64,000 nt of DNA from Salisapilia sapeloensis CBS 127946 (lineage: Eukaryota > Protista > Oomycota). Under the pieces are notes generated by a model. The model had not been told where the DNA came from. It ran no database searches and worked only from the letters and a program-made list of their open reading frames with translations. Every line of letters begins with the position of its first letter. Position 1 is the stretch's first letter. Where the stretch lies: the NCBI GenBank assembly GCA_023334545.1, contig JAADVB010000004.1, positions 1 to 64,000 on the forward strand, in the 5' to 3' direction. Position numbers and translations under genes: made by a program. Shown here in pieces: positions 19,690 through 30,445 of the stretch.

Positions 19690-21664
19690 ATGGCGGGAGT
19701 AGCGACGGCGCTCGTACGTTCTTACTACCACTAAATTCTTTTTCTAAAGCCATCTAGATGCTAACACGTTCACTGCATGATCCTAATCTACTAATAAAAC
19801 AGGGCGACAGTCTCCGAGACAAGGTACAGAATGCCAAGATCCTCGTTGTCGGCGCTGGTGGCATCGGTACGTGCTTTGCGCTTCCACTTGAATCCTACGT
19901 ATTAACAAATCACATACGACAGGATGCGAGCTACTAAAGAACCTTGTATTGAGTGGATTCGAGGATATTCACGTCGTGGACCTGGACACGATCGACGTTT
20001 CCAACTTGAATCGACAGTTTCTCTTTCGATCCAAGCACGTTGGTCAGCCTAAGGCGCTCGTGGCAAAGGAGGCTGTGGAAAAGTTCAACCCAAAAGCACG
20101 CGTCACGGCCCATCATGGCAACATCAAATCGCCAGCCTTTGGCATGAGCTACATCGAACAGTTCTCGCTCGTCTTCAATGCGCTCGACAATGTCGATGCT
20201 CGCAAGCACGTCAATCGCCTGTGCCTAGCGACTGGCAAGCCCTTGATCGAGAGTGGAACGACTGGATACTTGGGCCAAGTGGCTGTGATTAAGAAGGGAG
20301 AGACCGAGTGCTACGAGTGTACGGAGAAGGCGACACAAAAGGTGTATCCTATCTGCACTATCCGCAGCACACCTGACAAGATGGTCCACTGCATCGTATG
20401 GGCAAAGGAATTGTATAAGTTGCTATTCGGTCAAGCGGACGAGTCCATGCTGTATGAGTCACCCGACGGGGAAGACAAGTCTGTCTTTATGCATCTCGTC
20501 AACCGTCCTTCCGAACTGTCTTCTGATGACATCAACGCTCTGCTTTCGTACGCCAAAGGCGTGTTGCAAGGACTCTTTCATCTTGAAATAGATAAGAAAC
20601 TGGAAATGAACGAGTACAAGACGGCCGCAAAGGTGCCTCAGGCTCTGCGCCTGGACTCTTTGATCAACGACAGTGACCTCCAAAATCTCCAAATACAGTT
20701 GGAAAAGGAAAAGAACGCCGAGAAGGTTGACCAAGTGTGGGACGACCGAAAGGTCTGGAGCAAAGAGGAGTCTGCTCGGCGCTTCCTCTCGACCATCGTC
20801 CGAACGCTACATGAGAAAGGAACTCGAGAGCACGTGGGGTCTCTCCAGTTCGACAAGGACGACGCGTTGGCAATGGAATTTGTTGCTGCAGCAGCTAACC
20901 TCCGAGCAGCCGTGTTCAGCATCCAAACGGAATCCTTGTACAACTGCAAAGGCATCGCAGGCAACATCATCCCTGCCATCGCCACCACCAACGCCGTCGT
21001 GGGCGGACTCCAGGTGCTCGAAGCCTTCCGTATCCTGCGCGACGAAAAGCCCGTGCGTGAAAAGTGTCACTTTACCTACTGCAATCGGACGTGGGACTCT
21101 CGAGGCATGCTACTGAATCCGACGCAGTTGGGTGCGCCGAATCCCAAGTGCCTCGCCTGTAACCAGCAGCTTTTGGAGCTACGCATCGACACGACGAAGA
21201 CGACGTTGCGAGAGGTCGTGGACAACGTTCTGAAGAAGAAGCTGGGGATGAATGAACCTGCCATCAGCATTGGCGCCAATACCATCTACGAGGAAGGAGA
21301 GGAGGCAGAGGCAGCTCTGCAGCAGCACTTGGGCAAGAACCTCATGGACTTGCCTGCGGGTGGCGTGCGCGATGACGTGGTGCTGACGATCGAGGATTTC
21401 TCCCAAGACTTTGAGTGTCGACTGCGGATCCTCCAAACGCCCGTCGAGAGCTTTGGTGAAGAGGCGACGGAGCTATTCCAGCTCGGCGGCGAGCTCCAGG
21501 CGACGCAAGCGGACACGACAGAAGAGCAGGCGGACGATCAGGACGAGGATGATGAGCTCTTAGAAGTCTGGGACGACTCGGTGGAAAGTGTTGGAGAGAA
21601 GCGTCCATGGAAAGAGCCGCCGAGCGTTCAAAGTCGGAAGAGCGCTAGAACGACGGAAGGATAG
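19690..21664 (+). CDS. UBA2: SUMO-activating enzyme subunit 2, three exons
   Basis: Spliced product (introns 19714-19802 and 19867-19922) gives KILVVGAGGIGCELLKNL...DLDTIDVSNLNRQFLF, plus YPICTIRSTP (catalytic Cys), GNIIPAIATTNA, CxxC zinc pairs and a UFD C-terminus. Confidence 0.95.
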
Positions 21665-21854
21665 TCAACCGGATGCTGGTACACCCTCTTTTCCGTCTTG
21701 TACTTTTTTCCACCGTTTGAACTTGGATCTTTTCTTTGCCCATACGCTACTCGTACACTCCCAAATTTTAAACTGACATCCGCGCCGAAGCTGCCACCAC
21801 GAGAGGGAAAAAGGTCGAACGCCGCTTCACGCTCCTCGCTCCAGACCTACCTAC

Positions 21855-23657
21855 ATGCCTCGATCGTGGCAGGCCAAGACGCCCACGCCCACGACAGTAC
21901 AAGAGCCTACCATGGACGCGCCACAGTCGCCCAGGAGACGACGAAAGTACCCTAATAAGCTCAAGGAGGCCACGCGCAGAGCCAAAGCCGACGCGCCCCG
22001 CCGAAAACTCTTGTCGCCGTCCGACCAACCATCCACGGAACACATTAAAATAGGCGTACACATGCCGGAGAAGGTGGAGGTCACGGACGACGACGCGCCA
22101 ATGCACAAAAAGCGACGCAAGCAAGGCTCTGCACCGTCGACGCCGCAGGTGGCGTCCTGGCATTGGAGCAATTTAGACGTCTACTTTGACTCATGCACCA
22201 CGCGACACGTCCAGCAATTAGCCTCCGTCCGGAAATCCTTGGCGCAGACCGTTTCCACGTACCGTCAGTCGGCACATTCACTTGCAGCAGACGAGACAAC
22301 TGGAGTGGCCATCGGTCGAGATAGCGACTTAACTTGTCTAGAAGTATACAGGTCTCCGCGTAGAGGACGCAACTATAGGGATGTGTGGGCAGAGTATGAT
22401 TATCTAATAAAGGAGAAGCGAGAGGACGGTGGCGATAGTGTCTCGTTAGATCAAGTGGTCCAGACCGGGTCGGAGTTGGTCCACGGCTATGACGACGATC
22501 TCTTCCAGTCGTACATCGACCGTCTCGAGCACCAGTATCAGCAGACGCGTACAAAGGGTCCGGAAGACAAATGTGGTAGAAAGCGGAAGCGTCCGGACGT
22601 CACCAGTCCTCTAAAGCAGAATAATGTAGCTATTCAGGAGCAAGGACTGGACAAAGACGTTTTACCCAACATTCCCTCTTCCTGTCTTCACCCTGCCTCC
22701 TGTGGAAGATGGACTGCACCTGTGGCTCTCGATCCATGCCATGTCCATCCGGCCAGTTTCAGTCGCTCTAAGAAAGCTCGGTGGCAGGAAGAAGTGGTAC
22801 AGTCGACTGATGATAATAGTACGGATCCAAAGAGTAGCAAGGTCGACACGACAACCTCCTTTGCAGATAAGCCCGCTATCTTTGGAGATGCCGTAGAAGA
22901 AGACGAAATTTCTGTCGCCCTTCAGCACACCATTTCCAAGCTAGTTCCTCTGTCTCAAGTCCAGTGGCGACGAACTCAGACGCTGCTGGAGCGAGTGCAG
23001 ATGTCCTGCCAGCTCCAGCAGATCGAACGAGAGGAAAAGGAGACAGCTCGCAGGTTGGAGAGAATGTACATGCAGTTATTCCCACCAACCACACCTTCAG
23101 ACAATAACACTTCACAAGCAGCGTACGATTTAACGGCTCCGCGAGACGCTGGACGGTTATCAGATCCAAACGTACCGAGACCATTGGAAATTCGCACGAC
23201 GCCACAGGATGTCATCGAGTACTGCGGCAGACTCCACTGTCTTCACGATTGCGCATTACGACCGGCGGTGGAGGCGTCCATTGAATACGGTATGAGGCTA
23301 CAGGTCGGAGAAGAGTTGGACGTGCTGGATCAGAACGGCAGTTGGGGAGGCGCGAGGGTACTCGATGTCTATCGCCAAGCCCAGCTGCCAAGGTTTGTTC
23401 AACTCCGTTTCTATCAGCATCCGAGAGAAGCGCTTGAGTGGGTGAGTGTGGCCGACGCTCGCTTGCTTCCGCGAGGTGCCGCGTGCGGTGCCATTGCGTA
23501 CACGTTACCGACGACCAAGCATCGAAAGGAGAAAGTAAAGTTCGATGAGGAGTTGGCTAGAGCTCTGCAAAAAATGTTTTTGAAGAGGAAAGCGGACTTG
23601 GTGGAGAGGCAGGAGCGTAAAGCAGCAAGCAAAAAGATTAAGAGTAAGAAAATGTAG
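21855..23657 (+). CDS. Ada3/NGG1 (SAGA HAT-module subunit)-like protein with a C-terminal Tudor/Agenet-like domain
   Basis: WSNLDVYFDSCT...VQQL, SPRRGRNYRDVWAEYD and EEDEISVALQHTISKL recall the Ada3 motifs FWxxVEPYC, PPLGKHYSQRWAQED and DDEILxEL. LQVGEELDVLDQNGSW...EWVSVADARLLP recalls PHF20-type Tudor domains. Confidence 0.55.
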   Translation: MPRSWQAKTPTPTTVQEPTMDAPQSPRRRRKYPNKLKEATRRAKADAPRRKLLSPSDQPSTEHIKIGVHMPEKVEVTDDDAPMHKKRRKQGSAPSTPQVASWHWSNLDVYFDSCTTRHVQQLASVRKSLAQTVSTYRQSAHSLAADETTGVAIGRDSDLTCLEVYRSPRRGRNYRDVWAEYDYLIKEKREDGGDSVSLDQVVQTGSELVHGYDDDLFQSYIDRLEHQYQQTRTKGPEDKCGRKRKRPDVTSPLKQNNVAIQEQGLDKDVLPNIPSSCLHPASCGRWTAPVALDPCHVHPASFSRSKKARWQEEVVQSTDDNSTDPKSSKVDTTTSFADKPAIFGDAVEEDEISVALQHTISKLVPLSQVQWRRTQTLLERVQMSCQLQQIEREEKETARRLERMYMQLFPPTTPSDNNTSQAAYDLTAPRDAGRLSDPNVPRPLEIRTTPQDVIEYCGRLHCLHDCALRPAVEASIEYGMRLQVGEELDVLDQNGSWGGARVLDVYRQAQLPRFVQLRFYQHPREALEWVSVADARLLPRGAACGAIAYTLPTTKHRKEKVKFDEELARALQKMFLKRKADLVERQERKAASKKIKSKKM

Positions 23658-23791
23658 AGCGTTGGGTTTTCGCTCGAGATAATACACTGAGATTACGTGA
23701 GAACGCTGCTGTCACTTGCTGCGATGGGTGCTTGGCATACGATGCATACTAATTTTTTAATCGTCTGAACGACACGAAGTAGCACAGGAAC

Positions 23792-25390
23792 ATGCGAACG
23801 AGTCCTGTCCAAAGCACTTCGAGTGATCAGCAGGAAGCCGACGTCGAAAGCTCACGAGCATACCATGTCGTCAGACAGAGCAAAGTCGACGACGCATCAC
23901 CTCTCACCGGCGCTCTGTCCTATCTAAAGCCACGCTGGATTATCCTCAGTTACTCTGCAGTCTCGCTCAGTACTCTTCTTCTTCTCTTCTACTTCAGCTT
24001 CTTTGCGTCAACAGTCGACTCCAAAGACGGATCCCCATCCCACCCCGAATGGCTGGACTGCCGCTCGTGGGCCTATGGAGATGACTGTGGCATCGATGGC
24101 GTCGATTGTCGACCATTCGAATCCAAATGGAGTAGCTTTCGATGCCCTTCCCGTTGCTCCATGAGCGGAGACAGCTCACTTGTGGTGTATGGCTCCCATC
24201 CGTATCGCGCAGACTCGAGGCTGTGTCGAGCTGCCATTCACGCCGGGGTCATCGGATCCAACGGCGGCTGTGGTCTGTATCGATTTGCTGGACCAGCCAA
24301 CGCTTTTGCGTCGTCCGAAAAGCACGGCGTCCAAACTGAACAAGTCTTGTCATGGTTCCCTAAGACTGTTGAGTTCCAAGCGGCTAGCAGTAGTTTCTGT
24401 ACTGATCTATCCTGGTGGATTCTGGCCGTATCCATCGTCCTCTTTGCAGGCTACTCTTTGGTCCCACAGGCAAACCCTCTACTACTCTTCCAAGCGCTGC
24501 TTGCATGGGGCTTATTCTACGTCCGACTTATCGGTCAACCAAATAGTATAGACTACACGAGCACCATCCTAAATAGTTTTGGAGAGTCGTTTGTAGTGCT
24601 TGCAGTCGGCTACACTCTGTACAACCTCGGTCCGATACACGTGTTCAGAGATTGGGAAGCACTCTCTGGAAAGCAGAGATTACTCCGGTGGGGACTTTGC
24701 TATGTGTTACCATACCATGCTCTCCTCCATATGAATATGATCGAGTATGTGCCGTGGATGTCGTTGGGGCTTGGTGGGTATGCAGAAAGTCACGCGAATG
24801 CCGGAACCTATATTCTGTACTCTATCCTGGGCATCCTCTTCCTCATGGCACTCGCCTGGTTTATCTTTCGCATTTACAAAGCCAGCCTTTGGAAAAAGTA
24901 TACTATCATGTACGCGATTGTTGTGGTCAGTGTCCTCCTCTCATGGGCTCTTTTTCCATCTACGAGTTTCCATTTCCACCATACCATGTTCGGCGCTTTT
25001 TTCCTTCCGATTACTCGGTTCCCAACATACCAGTCTGCTATTGCACAATCGGCCTTGCTAGGATGCTTCATCCAAGGGTACGCGGCATGGGGCTGGACAT
25101 CGTACTTGGAGATCAAGCCGACGTACTTGACAGTACCTGTGCCCGAGCAGGAGCCAAATACGACAAACATATCAAGTCATTCGGTCGTGATCGAGTGGGA
25201 GACTTTGGATGATGTTGTTGCGTACTCGCTGAAGCTGAACAATGTTGAAAAATATCGAGGTGTCGATGCGAACACCACTTTGGATGGTCTCGAGCGAAAT
25301 ATGACGTACTATATATCGGTCGCGGGGATTCTCGAGTATGGTGCCACTGGCAAGTACGGTGAAATTGGCAACTTTTCGACGTTAGCGTGA
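23792..25390 (+). CDS. LCCL-domain multi-pass membrane protein with a C-terminal fibronectin type III-like domain
   Basis: LCCL signature VYGSHPYRADSRLCRAAIHAGVI, multiple TM helices, and FN3-like tail SSHSVVIEWE...YSLK...LDGLERNMTYYISVAG. Confidence 0.8.
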   Translation: MRTSPVQSTSSDQQEADVESSRAYHVVRQSKVDDASPLTGALSYLKPRWIILSYSAVSLSTLLLLFYFSFFASTVDSKDGSPSHPEWLDCRSWAYGDDCGIDGVDCRPFESKWSSFRCPSRCSMSGDSSLVVYGSHPYRADSRLCRAAIHAGVIGSNGGCGLYRFAGPANAFASSEKHGVQTEQVLSWFPKTVEFQAASSSFCTDLSWWILAVSIVLFAGYSLVPQANPLLLFQALLAWGLFYVRLIGQPNSIDYTSTILNSFGESFVVLAVGYTLYNLGPIHVFRDWEALSGKQRLLRWGLCYVLPYHALLHMNMIEYVPWMSLGLGGYAESHANAGTYILYSILGILFLMALAWFIFRIYKASLWKKYTIMYAIVVVSVLLSWALFPSTSFHFHHTMFGAFFLPITRFPTYQSAIAQSALLGCFIQGYAAWGWTSYLEIKPTYLTVPVPEQEPNTTNISSHSVVIEWETLDDVVAYSLKLNNVEKYRGVDANTTLDGLERNMTYYISVAGILEYGATGKYGEIGNFSTLA

Positions 25391-26053
25391 GTGAATCGAA
25401 ATTAAAGACTATAAGAATAAGTTTTGAAACCAAACAGTTTTCCTATCGCATCGACAGGTTTCCGCTTCCGATAGACATGGAGACAGTTGAGCCTACAGTA
25501 CACTTGACAAGCTTCATTGCACATTTGACTGTGTCCTCTCTACAGCATTGGAATCGAAAATATGATCGTTACTTTTATTGGGTCATGCATGGATTGGCGT
25601 AGTAGAGAAGACCACTTCGTAAAGTGAATACTTCGAGGCTACGATGAGCATGAGTCAACGCACAAACGTTTGCATTTCTGATAGAAAACCTCTGCTTTTA
25701 AATGAAGAGATGGTATACAAAAGCCCCAATGACAGCAGATATCCATCAAAGAGAGCTTCCAATTGCTGGGCAAGCGCCTGGATGTTCAATCTGAAACGTG
25801 ACTCAGAGTTCCTCGTATCGTTCCAGACTTGCCCCATTCGCACTCACTTCACCAGCGCTAACTTTACTGTAGTCTTACAGACTAAAAAGCTTGGTTAAGC
25901 CTCCCTGTAGGTGTAGTGTCCATCCAAGCAGTTTTCCTATCGATGGTAACCTTGATGCCAAGTGCATTTTTAACAGAAACTTGGGCTGATGGTAAAGTCC
26001 CTGTTATAAAATGCCACTGTTTAAACTTGAGCATTAAATTGTCGAGAAGACAA

Positions 26054-26803
26054 ATGTCCAAGGTGTCCGGTGCTTCGCTTGCAATTATTGCCGTCACACT
26101 GACGCTGGTGGCTACGCCATTGGCTTTGTGGACGTACCAGCGCTCCATGTACGTTGTTATTGATACACTTGACGCTTGACATAGCGTAATAGAGACGCCA
26201 GAGCCTGATAATTGTGTGCCGTTCGATCTGACTGGCAACGTAGGCAGCGAAGCGAGAAACGAGAAAAGCTAAAGCTACTGTACAAGGTGGAGAACATCAT
26301 GGCAGAGATAGCCGTCCGCTTAACGCAGCTTGAAAACGAAGTGGAGGACTTTCTAGCCAATGAAGGCAGCACTGAGCCTACTCCGGAAGACGAGGAATCG
26401 GCGCTCAACTCTTGTACGATCCTCCTTGTACGATTATAAATAGGTGTAGAGTCTTATTTAAATAATCTTCGTGCTAGACTACCACTTTGACTCGCAAGGT
26501 CGAAAGTTGAAGACCAAGTGGGATTCGTACGATGTCGATGCCGAGCTGAAGCGTCTGGAAGAAGAGGAGAGAGAGCAGAATCCCAGTTCCAATCAGTCGA
26601 AGCGCTCACCGAGGGACAGAGAAAAGTTACTGAAAGCTGCTTGCGGTCTTGAACACGAGTTTGAAGCTGTTCTAGAGTTTCTGGATGGAATCAGTGGTGG
26701 CGATGACATCAAGAAACAGCGCAAGGCCGTTGTGCTCAAAATCAACGACGGTTTCCTCCCTCGCGTCGATCACATTCGGAACATGCTGCGCCCTCAGGAG
26801 TAG
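26054..26803 (+). CDS. Small multi-exon protein: N-terminal hydrophobic anchor, coiled coil, BAG-like C-terminal domain (exon structure uncertain)
   Basis: MSKVSGASLAIIAVTLTLVATPLALW (signal/TM). C-terminal ORF LEHEFEAVLEFLDGISGGDDIKKQRKAVVLKIN resembles BAG helices 2-3. The junctions could not be resolved fully. Confidence 0.45.
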
Positions 26804-26908
26804 GATGAACCGACAGCCTTACGCAGTCGTAGCCCCGTAGACCTCTGGCAAAAGAGAGAAAATTTTCCTAGCTCTTTCATACTTGTTCTGAACGTTGCGT
26901 TAACAACT

Positions 26909-28144
26909 ATGTTTCGAACGGACACAAGCCATCCAGACGAACGCATGCCACGGAGTAGGAGTAGAAGCCGCAGTCATGGGCGATCTAATCGTAGGAGAAA
27001 TCGATCGTCGGAACGCAGAACGCCTAGTAGATCTCGCTCCAGGTCTATAGATAATCGTCGAGGCAGATCGAGGAGAAATGACAGCCCATCACCTCGACGA
27101 GGCAGCTCGAACCGTTCTCCTGACCGTCGCAATCGGTCATCAGATAGAAGTAGAGATAGTCGAAGGCAACGTTCTCCACCTCGCAATAGCCGATCTGCAA
27201 AAGAGAGTGGCCGGAGCCAGTATGGCCCTCAAGATGGTCCACGACGCTCTTTTCGGACGGACTATGACGACGATCTCTTTGAGGAACGCAAACGCAAGCG
27301 AGACGCAACTCAATTTAGTATCTGGAGCGACATTCCAAGTCCTCCTCCAATGAAAAAGCCGACCGTAAAATCTGTAGAAGCGAAACCTGCTCCGGAGACC
27401 AAACGACAAGCTCGATCTCCGTCTCCGTCCTCCGCGTCTTCGTCCGACAGCTCCAGTGACTCTGAGGCTGAGCGACGTAGACGCAAACGTTCACCCAAGA
27501 AAAAGAAAAAGAGATCCAAGTCTCGACGCAAGTCGAAATCCAAATCGAAGCACAAGCACAAGCGTCGACGTCGTCCATCGACCAGCAGCTCTTCCGATTC
27601 AGAAGCGGACTCGGACGATTCCAAGAATGAGTTTGCTCCGGAACCAGAGGCACAGGACGAAGCAGAAAAGTTCAAGACGGCAGTTCAGGGCAAGGAGCAG
27701 GACGAGGACGAAGATGAAGAGATTGGACCTCAGCCGTTGCCAGAGTCGCAGCAAGTGGCTTCCTCCGTCAATTATGGTAAGAACCTGCGTCCAGGAGAAG
27801 GTCAGGCTATCGCCCAGTACGTGCAGAAGAACATGCGAATTCCTAGGCGTGGTGAGGTTGGCTGGAGCGGACAGGAGATTGAGCAGCTGGAGAACTCTGG
27901 CTACGTCATGAGCGGCAGTCGTCATCAGCAGATGAACGCAGTCCGATTGCGGAAGGAGAACCAGGTGTACACGGCTGAGGAGAAGCGTGCGTTGGCTCTT
28001 TTGAACTACGAGGAGAAGCAGCAGCGAGAGAACCAGATAATGAGCGACTTCACGCAAATGCTGCAGGACAGACTGACAAAGAAGCACGGGTCGAGACTTG
28101 TGGAAGACATGGAGCACGATGCGTCTGCGCAGCCCAAGGAATAA
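26909..28144 (+). CDS. NKAP: NKAP-family RS-rich splicing factor
   Basis: RS-rich N-terminus and the conserved C-terminal block NYGKNLRPGEGQAIAQYVQ..RIPRRGEVG...GYVMSGSRH..MNAVRLRKENQVYTAEEKRAL. Confidence 0.95.
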   Translation: MFRTDTSHPDERMPRSRSRSRSHGRSNRRRNRSSERRTPSRSRSRSIDNRRGRSRRNDSPSPRRGSSNRSPDRRNRSSDRSRDSRRQRSPPRNSRSAKESGRSQYGPQDGPRRSFRTDYDDDLFEERKRKRDATQFSIWSDIPSPPPMKKPTVKSVEAKPAPETKRQARSPSPSSASSSDSSSDSEAERRRRKRSPKKKKKRSKSRRKSKSKSKHKHKRRRRPSTSSSSDSEADSDDSKNEFAPEPEAQDEAEKFKTAVQGKEQDEDEDEEIGPQPLPESQQVASSVNYGKNLRPGEGQAIAQYVQKNMRIPRRGEVGWSGQEIEQLENSGYVMSGSRHQQMNAVRLRKENQVYTAEEKRALALLNYEEKQQRENQIMSDFTQMLQDRLTKKHGSRLVEDMEHDASAQPKE

Positions 28145-28172
28145 GCGTTCAAAATGATCTTTTTTCTTTATT

Positions 28173-28691
28173 CTAGTCGAACTGTTGGATGTAGTCCGAG
28201 GACCATTTTCGAGTCGTGCTGTCCATGCACGAGTGGACAAACTCATCGATCGGATGCACGATCAAAGGGATGACGGACAGTCCTAGCACCGTCGGCCCCC
28301 ACTTGCGTAGTACTGGAGAGCTCTTCAAGGTGCGCTCGGCGACGAACGAACTCGCAGCGACGACGCGGTTGATCGCAAAGCCTGGAATACCGACACTGGC
28401 AAAGGACTGCCAGACTAGCGTGTCAAAGGCGGCGTCTGCAATCGTCAAGTTGCGCTTCTTTTCCGAGTATCCGTTTTGTTCCGCCAGCTTCTGAGCTTTC
28501 ATGCCCTTGTCGACAGTATCCCCCACTACGTAACCGAACGCCAGCAAATAACTAGGCAGCACTAGCCGAGGAGAAATCGGCCGGAAGCTCTCTCCTAACT
28601 CATTAGAGTATCCTAGGTACCGGACAAGCGAGTCTCGCCATATATCAGGCCCGTCGCTCTTGGCCTTGTCCACCACCGCGCTCTCTTGCAT
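28173..28691 (-). CDS. MTFP1: Mitochondrial fission process protein 1 (MTP18); likely start at ATG 28691
   Basis: DIWRDSLVRYLGYSNELGESFRP...YVVGDTVDKG...DTLVWQSFASVGIPGFAINR...PLIVHPIDEFV is the MTP18 family pattern. Confidence 0.9.
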   Translation of the reverse strand: MQESAVVDKAKSDGPDIWRDSLVRYLGYSNELGESFRPISPRLVLPSYLLAFGYVVGDTVDKGMKAQKLAEQNGYSEKKRNLTIADAAFDTLVWQSFASVGIPGFAINRVVAASSFVAERTLKSSPVLRKWGPTVLGLSVIPLIVHPIDEFVHSCMDSTTRKWSSDYIQQFD

Positions 28692-28818
28692 GTTTGTCAA
28701 AATTGGGTGTTTGCCGAATCTTTTCTTTGTCTCGTAATGGTGGCCAAAATTACCATGGTCGACTTTATTGACTGCATAATACTGATCAGTGTAAAGTGGA
28801 AGAACGCAAGTGTACAGG

Positions 28819-30391
28819 ATGGTGCCGAGGGCAGCGAAAGAGACCGTTCGAGTCGGCATCGTTGGTGGTGGTGCCGCCGGAATTGGTCAGTTTGGTAGTG
28901 CTCAAAGTTGAATCTGATGAAATTGACGTTGTGCATTAGTGTCGGCCAAATGTCTGAAGGAAGCTGGTCATGATGTTGTCGTCTTTGAAAAGTCTGCTCA
29001 CCTCGGCGGGATCTGGAAGTACGAAGAGAAGCCTGGTGGAGACTCTGCCATGTACAAGGTGCACTCGGCATACTTATAATATTAAATTGCTCCTAGTCTC
29101 ATGCTTGACAGTCCCTGCACACAAATTTGCCGACGGCAGTGATGCAGTTGCCCGACTTTCCGTATCCTAGTGACATACGCAGCTACCCTTCACATGCGGA
29201 TGTGCTGACGTACCTTGAAAACTACGCCAAGCATTTTCACGTGGATCACCTCGTTCGCTTTCGCACAAGAGTGTTGTCAGTCAATAAGGACGATACCGGT
29301 AGCAAGTGGAAACTCCAACTCGATTCAAACGACGATGGCAATTACGAGGAAACGGTCGACAAGCTAGTCATTTGCAATGGTCACTTTTCAAAGCCTTTGT
29401 ACGCCCCGCTCGAAGGTATTGGGCACTTTAAAGGAACGACGGTGCATTCCCACGAGTACCGCACGCCGGATCCCTACGTCGGTAAGAGCGTCCTGGTCAT
29501 TGGCAAAGGACCTTCTGGCCATGACATTTCGCTCGAATTAGCCAGAAATCATGCGTCACAGGTATACGTCTCGTACAAGGAGTACGATCCAGAGGTCGAC
29601 GCGCCACACATAAAGCCCAGCTATGAGCCTCGCACACTCAAACCAGTAATCGACTGCATCCAGAAGGATGGATCGATCCGCTTTGCAGATGGCAGTGTTC
29701 TTGACCCAGCACCGGATGTGATCATTTATGCCACTGGATACCTGTATTCCTTGGGCAACCTCGCTCCAGAAAAGCTCTTGTATCCTTCGCTTCCAGTGCC
29801 GACATCCAGCGATAAGATCGACAGCGAGACGTTAAAGGAACTCGACCGCGTCAGTAGAAACAACATGGCTGTGGCTCCGCTCTACAAGCATTTGGTATCG
29901 ATTGAAGACCCGTCCGTCGCCTTTGTCGGGCTTTGTGTAAAGGTGCTTCAATTCCCACTGTTCGAGATGCAGAGCAAGTGGCTCGCATGTCTGTTCGCGG
30001 ACGAGATTTCCCTTCCATCCAAAGACGTCATGTATGATGACTTTTTCGAGCGCATCAAGAAGTCGGTATATCCCATGCGACTGTTCCACCACCTTGGCGC
30101 GAACCTCATGGAGGAATACCTGAGGTACGCCTTACTTTCACGTAGCTGCATGCTAGGCATCTAACACTTCGTAGTGAGCTGGGTGACGAGTGTAAGTACC
30201 CATGGAGCACTCTTCTCCAGCGCATATTCGTGGACGCTGCCATTCTTCGAAGAGATAATCCGTTCGACTACCGCAGCGCAGAGTACGTCAAGGACGACTC
30301 TACTGGTGAGTACGTGCGAAAGTTCTGTCCGAAAACTGGCACTGGAGACAAGGAGAACGAGATGCAAGTCAAGACGATCGACGGCAACTAA
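28819..30391 (+). CDS. FMO: Flavin-containing monooxygenase, four exons
   Basis: Spliced N-terminus VGIVGGGAAG...FEKS..LGGIW (FAD binding), FMO motif FKGTTVHSHEYR, NADPH motif VIGKGPSG, and YATGY. The last exon ends at TAA 30389-30391. Confidence 0.92.
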
Positions 30392-30445
30392 GTCAAGACA
30401 GGAATAGACGAAAACAAACCACCTTGTCACTCTTAGCTCAAAAGC

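Noticed and set aside
6700-21664. Functional SUMO cluster (TE Ulp1 protease near host UBA2) or a chromatin-gene cluster (Ada3-like, SET)
   Set aside because: The Ulp1 is a dead TE passenger 12 kb away, and the neighbours are functionally mixed. Co-location is explained by high gene density.
25390-26050. Short ORFs on both strands between the LCCL gene and the BAG-like gene
   Set aside because: No recognisable motif or consistent exon chain, so this is treated as intergenic.
27420-27620. Repetitive Ser/Arg/Lys codon runs (also Glu runs at 57130-57450 and SES repeats at 52150-52260) as tandem-repeat or CRISPR-like arrays
   Set aside because: They are low-complexity protein-coding tracts. There are no constant-length repeats with unique spacers, and the DNA is eukaryotic.
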